Shown here: positions 45,364-53,013 of the stretch, in pieces
Numbering within the stretch: position 1 is the stretch's first letter
How the letters are laid out: each line of letters opens with the position of its first letter
Virus record (IMG/VR): IMGVR_UViG_3300021963_000077
Coordinates: 1-64,000 of that record
Length of the DNA stretch: 64,000 bases
Strand: one strand, 5' to 3'
From: a virus
Program-made: the position numbers and the translations under genes
The notes under the pieces: generated by a model
The model's database searches: none
The model's input: only the letters and a program-made list of their open reading frames with translations
Told to the model about the DNA's origin: nothing

Positions 45364-48300
45364 TTGATACCCAACACTTCTATTGCGTCTGGATGAATCG
45401 TATTGACCCAACGACGACCACGATACGCCCAGTCAAGCCACTTTACAATGTTTTGCTTGACAAGTTCTGGGATCATGTAATCCTTTATGCCGTGGCCCGA
45501 CATTAGGAGAGCATGTAGTTCGGCAAATATTTCCTGTGGTTCAATATCGCCTGGCTCAACCATCAGACCGCCATAATACGGTCGTTTTGATCCGTAAGAA
45601 CTAAATAATTTAGCTACATCTAATAAAGCCCGGCGATCAATTGGATCAGTAATTCCGTCCCATGTCCTTTGGCTTATTTCCCTGAAAGCTGCGCCTTGAT
45701 AGCCGTCAACTCCTAATTGAGTTGAAGGATCATAGAACATTGCAATGTCAAGATCGTAGCTGTAAGCCTCGTATGAATTTGATGGTGCTAGTTGCACATT
45801 TGTAACGGGATCATCAGGGAAGAATTCTTTATATATGTCTGATTCACGGATGTCTTCCATGAAAATTGGATCAGTAAGTATTGCCATTACTTCGTCTACA
45901 ACTCGCTCGTCGGCAATATTCTTCTTGCCATCTGGACCCATGTCTTTTCCGTAAAGTGAATGATCAGCTTCAAATGGAACAACAGTATAAATAATTTCTG
46001 AGTTCATAATAAAATCACGCAGATCAATCATATTCCGACCCGTGATTCGTTCTGCTTTTAGATTTGCTAGAGCATTGATGTACTCTGTTCTTTTTTGCTG
46101 AAGTGCTTTAGCGATTGATACATCTTTTGTCTGGCCTAAAGAAACTTCAAGTTTTGCAATCTCTAGTGGCAAATCTAGTATTGCGTCTTCAATCTTGGGA
46201 AGCAATGCTTCATAACGATCCGCTTGAATTTTTATAGTCGGCAGTATTTCTCTAGTAATTGTTCCAGTAAATATTTGTTTAGCATAACGCTTAGCCTTTG
46301 ATCTAACGGTATCAACAATTGCTTTGTCGCGTTCTAGTGCAGTTGTTCCAGACATTGACTCGTCATATGACAGAGATTCGGCCAAAGCATGGGCCATTTC
46401 ATGGTGTGCAATGTTCATGACTGCACCCGTTTGCGCAAGAGAGTGAATTTGACGGCGCTCAGCCTTGCTCATTCCACTATTTCCGGAAGAGTAAGCTGTT
46501 TTCATTATCTGTGTACCAATATTGTCGCTTGTTGAGTCTTTGTTGGATATGTAAACAGGCACAGTTTGTCCTGTTCGCGGGTCTACGTACATACGCATTG
46601 AATCACCGGAATGCTGACGAACAAGAGCTCCATCTGTGGCCAATTCCATAAGAAGCCACTTTGCTCCAGTTGAAGTGGAGCGATCAACGCCACCACTCCT
46701 ATCAAACTTGGAAACATTGGATTCAACAACGCCAGTCACTCCACCAAGAGAATCGCTTTGCTCGCGTATTGCGTAGCCCCAATCCTTTAATTCTGGTACT
46801 TGCATTGCTACTGAAATAACGCCAGCAAAAGCTGATATTTCTTCATTTGTTAAATCTCGATCATTACTACCAAAACCGGTGAATTTGATTTCTCTAAATA
46901 TTTGCGCCAATGCGCTCTTTGCGTCGCTCACTTTTCGCAGTGGGCCATATTTTGATTCAACGCTTAATATTGTGTCATCAACATATTTTCTGACATTATC
47001 AGCAGACATGCTTGGAGTTTGCTTGATTCTGTCATTATCTGCAATACTCCAATCTTTTATTTTGCCAGTCATTTCATCAATCATGTCGCGCAGTAATTGC
47101 TCAATATCGTTGAATGATGATCCTTCTGATTTTTTAGGTACAGGCCTTGACGTAGAACCTTGCTCAACGTCTCTCAACTTCTCGCTTACCGATGCAACAC
47201 CTACTGGGCGCTCAAACTGCGTTGAATCTTGCACCAAGCCGTCGCCATCACCATCTTCAGCTCTTGGATCAAACCTGGCCGTTAAAAGCCTGCCGATGCG
47301 ACGCATCTTTCGCGGCATCGCTTTTGCCTCTATCTCAACAAAATGTTCTTTTGTCTGTCCGACATTAAGTCCCATGAGCCTAAATACTTTGTATCTGCCG
47401 TCGCGTTTTACATCGTTGATTAAGTTCAATTGACCGCTACTCATAAGCCTGTCAAGAATGATCATATTATGAAGATCTGCAGCCCATACACCAAACTGCT
47501 TGCCGTCAGTTTTTTCAAACCCAGCCATGCTGTCTAGGATTTCGTCAATACCAATATTGTCGCCGGCAGACAAACCCATTCGCTGTCTAAAGATCTGCTT
47601 AAGTTGACCAAGGTATGTATCAGCTGCGTCAACTAAAATATCTTTCGCACTATCCTTGAGGCCGATGGTGTCTAGTTCTTGTCCTTTTTCTTTAGGGCTT
47701 TGCGGTCTGCTTGCGTAGAACTCCCCAGTGCGACCATCTTGCCTTACGTTATTTACAGTTGAAATATCTGATGTGTAGTTATTGATCTTTGGTGACCTGT
47801 ATCTACTGCCCTGATTTCTGAGTCGTGATTGATCTCTACGCTCAAGTGAATCAGACAAGAGCGCTCCAGCGCGTCTCTTGGCTCTGTTTACACGTCCACC
47901 TTGCTGTGGTGAAAAACGTGGACCACCAAGACTGCGTGGAACTCCATCAGCATCAACTGGAACATTGAAACGATCCGCAAATTCTTGTTGAATTATTTTC
48001 TCTAGGGTATTTTTATCTACTGCACCGATAAGGCTGGGATCTGCGTCTGCCAGCAATGAGTAGATCATTTTATAAGCTGCATAAAACTCAGCATTTGCTT
48101 CTATGCCAAAATTGCCACTTTTGTCAGTTGCGTGTGAATATTCCGACCCGACGATGTTGGCAAGGTTTTTAAGATTATCCTGTATCCCTTGGCTTGGATT
48201 TACGAGATCGTATAGCTCACTATATATTGCTTCAACGATTTGCTCACGTTTAGTTTCATCAGTTTCTAGTGGAAGTGCATCCACTAAAGGCTTGATATTG

Positions 48301-49697
48301 GGATGTGAACTTATATCTAGAACTTTACGATTTACTAGTTCGCCAGTTGCTGTATCAAGAACTTGCATATCCTTGGTTTCAGTGATTCCTGCCTGGTTTA
48401 GCTTTGCTCTAAAGTCAGCAAAATGACCGAACTCATGAGTTCCTACTTCATGTCCAAATGTCCGCATATCTGGAGGTGTTGCAAAAAGGTGCCTAGGATT
48501 GTCACCCGATACATATTGATATGTACCTCGTAGTTGCTCTGGTGCCATCAGGAGCCCAAACATTCCATCGCCATCAATTGTTAATTGAGCTAAGTCGCCA
48601 CCAATCTCCTGTGCGTCAACTAGCTTCATTGAGCCAAGCATTTGAGACCACTCGCGATTATCGTAGGCTTCTAGTAGAAATGCCTCAATAAAACCCCACC
48701 TAAACTTCACATAGTCAGCAACTTCTTCGGCGTCAGAAAATTTTTCCAAAGGAATATTCAGAAAGTCATCTATTTCTTTTTCTGGCACATTAGGAAATGA
48801 CTCCCTCATTGCTTTTTTCATCTGACGAGCAGAGCGAAGGCTGCGACGGCCAGAGATTAAGCTGCGTCTTCCAAGACCTTGGTAAGCAGCTTTGCGTCTA
48901 AGGGCAGCGCTTTCCTTGAGAAGCCGTTTGCGTAGGCTCAGCTCTTCGTCACCAACGACCATATCGCCGTTTGGCGTAGTGGCACGTAGACCTACTGCAA
49001 CAGATCCATTTATTGATTGTTTTGCGACCCGAGCTGCTCCACGCGCAGCTCCACCAGCAACAGTTCTAGCTGAAGGAATCATGCAATTTGATAACTGTAG
49101 GTCAGTGAACTGACCGCCGCCTGGGGTTTCCTCTGGACACCTCAAACGCCCTTGATCGTCAAATGGGATGTTCCTTGATCTAGCAATTCGCAGCAACAGG
49201 TTGGGGAGTTTTGAATCATCCCCGAGTGTCATTCCCAAAACGCCTTTAGCGTTAAAAGTCTGACCGTTAACGACAAACTTATCTGGGTCTTTTATTAGGC
49301 CATAACCAGTTTCGTCATTATTTGGGCCGAGGCGACATACGACCATTTTGTGCCCAGGCGGAACTAGTGGTACTGGATCACCTTTTTTGAATGTTGATAC
49401 AAAGTGATCGTAGGGGTGTAGTTTTTTTTCTGCCTTAGCTTTTGGCGTGGCATCGGTAATCGTCTTCTCTGGCTGCTTTTCTGCTTTGTGGCGCATGCCA
49501 AAGGATGATCCTTTAGCTGCAAGTATGCGCGATTCGGCCCACCGAGCTGTGTCTACTGCGGTACTTAATTCGCTCGCTTCAAAACTCATTTTTATATGCG
49601 AGCCAACAGACTTGGTGCTAAGGCGCCAAGCGTCAGTAGACGCCGTGTTGCCATCATTGCTATCCGCCGGCGAGCCCTCATGAATACCATCAGGCAC
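45360..49697 (-). CDS. 1445-aa polyvalent protein with two zincin metallopeptidase domains and one DGDxDG tag
   Basis: LRCPEETPGGGQFT; THEFGH...EANAE; RFDPRAEDGDGDGLVQDSTQFERP; HHEMAH...EIFAE; GGAGG RBS + GTG. Confidence 0.8.
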   Translation of the reverse strand: MPDGIHEGSPADSNDGNTASTDAWRLSTKSVGSHIKMSFEASELSTAVDTARWAESRILAAKGSSFGMRHKAEKQPEKTITDATPKAKAEKKLHPYDHFVSTFKKGDPVPLVPPGHKMVVCRLGPNNDETGYGLIKDPDKFVVNGQTFNAKGVLGMTLGDDSKLPNLLLRIARSRNIPFDDQGRLRCPEETPGGGQFTDLQLSNCMIPSARTVAGGAARGAARVAKQSINGSVAVGLRATTPNGDMVVGDEELSLRKRLLKESAALRRKAAYQGLGRRSLISGRRSLRSARQMKKAMRESFPNVPEKEIDDFLNIPLEKFSDAEEVADYVKFRWGFIEAFLLEAYDNREWSQMLGSMKLVDAQEIGGDLAQLTIDGDGMFGLLMAPEQLRGTYQYVSGDNPRHLFATPPDMRTFGHEVGTHEFGHFADFRAKLNQAGITETKDMQVLDTATGELVNRKVLDISSHPNIKPLVDALPLETDETKREQIVEAIYSELYDLVNPSQGIQDNLKNLANIVGSEYSHATDKSGNFGIEANAEFYAAYKMIYSLLADADPSLIGAVDKNTLEKIIQQEFADRFNVPVDADGVPRSLGGPRFSPQQGGRVNRAKRRAGALLSDSLERRDQSRLRNQGSRYRSPKINNYTSDISTVNNVRQDGRTGEFYASRPQSPKEKGQELDTIGLKDSAKDILVDAADTYLGQLKQIFRQRMGLSAGDNIGIDEILDSMAGFEKTDGKQFGVWAADLHNMIILDRLMSSGQLNLINDVKRDGRYKVFRLMGLNVGQTKEHFVEIEAKAMPRKMRRIGRLLTARFDPRAEDGDGDGLVQDSTQFERPVGVASVSEKLRDVEQGSTSRPVPKKSEGSSFNDIEQLLRDMIDEMTGKIKDWSIADNDRIKQTPSMSADNVRKYVDDTILSVESKYGPLRKVSDAKSALAQIFREIKFTGFGSNDRDLTNEEISAFAGVISVAMQVPELKDWGYAIREQSDSLGGVTGVVESNVSKFDRSGGVDRSTSTGAKWLLMELATDGALVRQHSGDSMRMYVDPRTGQTVPVYISNKDSTSDNIGTQIMKTAYSSGNSGMSKAERRQIHSLAQTGAVMNIAHHEMAHALAESLSYDESMSGTTALERDKAIVDTVRSKAKRYAKQIFTGTITREILPTIKIQADRYEALLPKIEDAILDLPLEIAKLEVSLGQTKDVSIAKALQQKRTEYINALANLKAERITGRNMIDLRDFIMNSEIIYTVVPFEADHSLYGKDMGPDGKKNIADERVVDEVMAILTDPIFMEDIRESDIYKEFFPDDPVTNVQLAPSNSYEAYSYDLDIAMFYDPSTQLGVDGYQGAAFREISQRTWDGITDPIDRRALLDVAKLFSSYGSKRPYYGGLMVEPGDIEPQEIFAELHALLMSGHGIKDYMIPELVKQNIVKWLDWAYRGRRWVNTIHPDAIEVLGIK

Positions 49698-49714
49698 GTC
49701 GCCTCCAGTTTTAA

Positions 49715-49939
49715 TTACTCAGAAATGATTTCTTCTGATGCAGAGGTTTCTTCTGTAGCAACTTCTTCAACTGCATCCGCAACTTGTGGCTCCGCAACTG
49801 CCTCTGCGACCGCCTCTTCAACAGCTTCAACCTTAGGTTCACGACGCTTTCTCGTCTTAAATTCCTTTAGTTCTTCTGCCTTATTTTCAACAGCGATCAT
49901 AAATCCAGCGGGTCCTGGTTGTGACTTCTTCTTCATCAC
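49715..49939 (-). CDS. small Glu/Ala-rich protein
   Basis: 74 aa coupled to upstream stop. Confidence 0.55.
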   Translation of the reverse strand: MMKKKSQPGPAGFMIAVENKAEELKEFKTRKRREPKVEAVEEAVAEAVAEPQVADAVEEVATEETSASEEIISE

Positions 49940-51348
49940 TTCTCCGTTTCGTCAACGCCGTGCTCAGTTGCGAGCATTTCAAATTCCATTAGAGATGCAA
50001 GGAAGCTTGCTTCTTCAGACTTTTCTCCGCCAGAGAACTTCTTCTTAACATCTTCTGGCACCCAATTACTAGGAATGAGTTCGTCAAGACCGAGCGACAT
50101 GGCTCGCTTCATGATGTGAGCCTTCGTGGCTTCTTTGTCCTTTGCGCGGCCATATGCCTGAACTGCGTTCCTAAGGTCGGCTTCATCCTTAATTGGGTAT
50201 GAACCATCTGGTAAGGCATAGCCTTGCTTGGCCATTGACATTCTTGACTCTTCGCTGTAAGCACGCTTGAGCGCAATCTCCGCTGCCTCTGCTTCTATTT
50301 CTGAAGCTTCTTCCTGCGTGTACTCGTCGTAACCAAGAATTTCGCCAGACAATGAAACAAAGACATCATATGACTTTCCGTCAATGCCCTCTATCTCAAC
50401 TGCATAGCTGTCGTATCCCTCAAAGATGTCTGGCTCAATTGCAACAACATCGCCCATAACGCTCTTTGTTGCGATATCTGCTGCTTCCTCAAAGCCAATC
50501 ATCTTGTTGCCCTCAAGGGCCGACTTGACTTGAAGTACATCCTGATTCAAAAGCTGCCATCCGAGGCACTCACCGGTCTCGCCGTCAAAAAATGCCTCAA
50601 CAGGACGACCGTCTTTGCGCTCAATGTCAACAACAAATAGGTCAGCCTTGTCGGAGAATCCAGAATCAAGGACTTTGCCACTAAACATATCTTCAGCAAT
50701 TCCTTCAATTTCAAGAAGACCAGGCATTGAACCCTCAGATACGCAGCCGCCTGGGCAGTTATCGCAAACCGAGGACCCACCAGGATAAACCTTGCGCTCA
50801 AATGCGCACATGAAAGCTTCCTCGTCAAAGTCAGCTGACTTATAGCCCATTGAGTTCATACGGCGCATACGCATCTTCTTGCGCATGGCGACCATGTCTA
50901 CTTCTTCTTCTTCTTCTTCGTCTTCGTCTTCGTCTTCTTCTGACATTTCATCAGATTCTTCTTCAGACTCGGCATCCATGGACTCGTCGTCCATCTCTTC
51001 CTCGTCGTCCATCTCGTCTTCGTCTTTTTCGGCCATGAACTCAAGGATCGCTTTTACATAAGCATCATCGTCCATATCTTCATCGTCAAGTTCTTCACCC
51101 ATGGCCATGTAGTCTTCAACCATTTTCTTTGGGGTCTTCTTCTTGCGGACTGGAGCCATTGGCATTGCGTCCTCATCGTCCTCGTCTGAGCCCCACATGT
51201 ATCCACCCTTGACAGATGTAGCCATAGCTCCGCACTTTCCGCAGACCTTTGCGCCGGGCTCATAGCCACATTCAGATAGATCTAGACCCTTGGCACACTG
51301 GATGATTTCACCGTCTGCATCTAGTTTGACTATAGCTTTTTCGTCCAT
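49936..51348 (-). CDS. acidic head-locus protein with two PepSY-like domains and C-terminal ALPDGSYPI domain
   Basis: TAATG-coupled start MDEKA; Cys clusters; IGFEEAADIA...YAVEI...YDVFVSLSGEIL; ALPDGSYPIKDEADLRNAVQAYGRAK. Confidence 0.7.
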   Translation of the reverse strand: MDEKAIVKLDADGEIIQCAKGLDLSECGYEPGAKVCGKCGAMATSVKGGYMWGSDEDDEDAMPMAPVRKKKTPKKMVEDYMAMGEELDDEDMDDDAYVKAILEFMAEKDEDEMDDEEEMDDESMDAESEEESDEMSEEDEDEDEEEEEEVDMVAMRKKMRMRRMNSMGYKSADFDEEAFMCAFERKVYPGGSSVCDNCPGGCVSEGSMPGLLEIEGIAEDMFSGKVLDSGFSDKADLFVVDIERKDGRPVEAFFDGETGECLGWQLLNQDVLQVKSALEGNKMIGFEEAADIATKSVMGDVVAIEPDIFEGYDSYAVEIEGIDGKSYDVFVSLSGEILGYDEYTQEEASEIEAEAAEIALKRAYSEESRMSMAKQGYALPDGSYPIKDEADLRNAVQAYGRAKDKEATKAHIMKRAMSLGLDELIPSNWVPEDVKKKFSGGEKSEEASFLASLMEFEMLATEHGVDETEK

Positions 51349-51542
51349 TACGACTCCTTGTATTGCATTGACTTTGTCAGGCAACCTTTGGGATTAGTGC
51401 ATCCTCCACATGGTTGCATTCTTTTTTCGCCTGTAACCATGCAGTGATACTTATGTTGAAGATTGTTTGAACCTATTGGTTTAGAATAACCCATTTGAGC
51501 CCCACTCTGTGGGTACTTTGGTGATTTCTTATTCTTTGCCAT
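51348..51542 (-). CDS. small Cys-rich protein
   Basis: YHCMVTG...PCGGCTNPKGC. Confidence 0.6.
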   Translation of the reverse strand: MAKNKKSPKYPQSGAQMGYSKPIGSNNLQHKYHCMVTGEKRMQPCGGCTNPKGCLTKSMQYKES

Positions 51543-51586
51543 GTGGATCAAAATCCTAATCTGTATAACGACTGGATCATTTTATA

Positions 51587-52660
51587 CTAACCCGAATACC
51601 GTAGCTTTGGTGGCTTCTTGATCCGAGGTCTAGCTTTTTCAGCATTCCTCAATGCTTCGAGCATTTTGGCTCTGTTGATCTTGACATCCACGATTCGCAT
51701 ACCAAATTTTTCAGCTGCTTCCGCCTCGGAGTGATTGCTGAGGTAGAGCAAGAAGCTTTTCGCATTGGGTGTCAATACTTGTGGATGATTATTAATTAAA
51801 TTAATGATTTCTGTATTAACGCCTTCTAGTTTCTGATCTGCTTCAGTATCAATGATGCGATTGTCTGGAGTGTTGAGATTAAATTCTTCGTTATATCGTT
51901 TAATAAATTTACCGACTAACGCTTGGCTAACTTTTAAAGCCTCAGCAATTTTTTCGTATGATATTCCGTACTGTGAAAAAGTGTACATTAATTGACCTTT
52001 TTCCAGAGACGATAAATCACTTAACCCAATGTCAAAATCCCTTACAGATCTGTCCACGGTTGATTTGTCTACACCGAATGCCTTGGAAACTTCATCTTTG
52101 CTAAATCCATATTTTCTAGCAACTGAAATAATTTTACGCTTTTGCTTAAAAACGCTTCTAGCAGAAATGTTATTTTTTTTCAAAACGACAGAAACATAGT
52201 CGCTTGTCACTCCAACATCCTGCGCAATTTGATTTGGCCCAATGCCGAGTCTTGCCTGTCTTACGATTTCTTTGATGCGCCCGCTGCGATCCACATTTGA
52301 AGTGCTTACATTTCCTAGCTTTTGTTTATTACGTGAGGCGCGCCTAACGGTCGCAATGCTTACTCCATATTTCTTAGCTAGGGCTTTTGCTATCTCGGCT
52401 CGCTCTTTTGGAGTTTTGCCTTTGGCTATTTCTTCGGCCATTTCGTTGCTTCTACGCTCAAATTCAGCTACAGAAGATGCTTGGTTTACAGTTCTTCCCA
52501 CTCCTGTAGTCATGCTTCCGGAGACCGCGCGACGAACTGAGGGTCGTTCAAACTGTGTTGCGTCTTGAATTAGGCCGTCGCCGTCACCATCAAATGCGTT
52601 TGAATCAAACCTATCGGTAAGGCGCCCTAGGCGGCGTGCGTCGCCTGTGCGCCTCAGGCT
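51587..52660 (-). CDS. multi-HTH protein with N-terminal DGDxDG tag, probably expressed as -1 frameshift extension of 52654-53013
   Basis: Frame open from 52666 with tag RFDSNAFDGDGDGLIQDATQFERP upstream of first ATG (52513); about five HTH-like repeats. Confidence 0.7.
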   Translation of the reverse strand, partial: SLRRTGDARRLGRLTDRFDSNAFDGDGDGLIQDATQFERPSVRRAVSGSMTTGVGRTVNQASSVAEFERRSNEMAEEIAKGKTPKERAEIAKALAKKYGVSIATVRRASRNKQKLGNVSTSNVDRSGRIKEIVRQARLGIGPNQIAQDVGVTSDYVSVVLKKNNISARSVFKQKRKIISVARKYGFSKDEVSKAFGVDKSTVDRSVRDFDIGLSDLSSLEKGQLMYTFSQYGISYEKIAEALKVSQALVGKFIKRYNEEFNLNTPDNRIIDTEADQKLEGVNTEIINLINNHPQVLTPNAKSFLLYLSNHSEAEAAEKFGMRIVDVKINRAKMLEALRNAEKARPRIKKPPKLRYSG

Positions 52661-52666
52661 TTTAAA
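52620..52666 (-). other. programmed -1 ribosomal frameshift signal
   Basis: T TTA AAA heptamer (52666-52660), 5-nt spacer, stem AGGCGC/GCGCCT enclosing AGGCG/CGCCT. Confidence 0.75.
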
Positions 52667-53013
52667 TCAAGACCGCTAGCAACAGACTTGACTACAGCAC
52701 TAATTGCATCTATTGCGTCTTCGTCCAGGTAATCCATATCCTCGATAACTAAAGACTTTGTTTCCTGCTGTATGGAAACACCGTAGTAATCAAGCACGGG
52801 CTCAAGAAAAGATTTAGCCCCCATCAGGGCCTCGTCGTCGCCAGTAATCACAAGGTTTACCTTGTTCTTGCCGCCATCAGATGAATCTATGACTTCCGCC
52901 AAAAGCTCTAAGGCTTGTCTTAATTTGCCCATATTCCTGTTGCTAATAACGCGACCACTCTTTACGTCAATGTCGTTTCCATATGGTGTTGAAAGAAAAA
53001 TTTTAGTTTCCAT
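52654..53013 (-). CDS. 119-aa head-locus protein (0-frame product)
   Basis: TAATG-coupled to protease stop; VKSGRVISNRNMGKLRQA motif typical of head scaffold segments. Confidence 0.7.
   Translation of the reverse strand: METKIFLSTPYGNDIDVKSGRVISNRNMGKLRQALELLAEVIDSSDGGKNKVNLVITGDDEALMGAKSFLEPVLDYYGVSIQQETKSLVIEDMDYLDEDAIDAISAVVKSVASGLDLKA

Noticed and set aside
50899-51010. (TCT/TCG)n low-complexity tract
   Set aside because: Simply encodes a poly-Asp/Glu segment of the 49936-51348 protein
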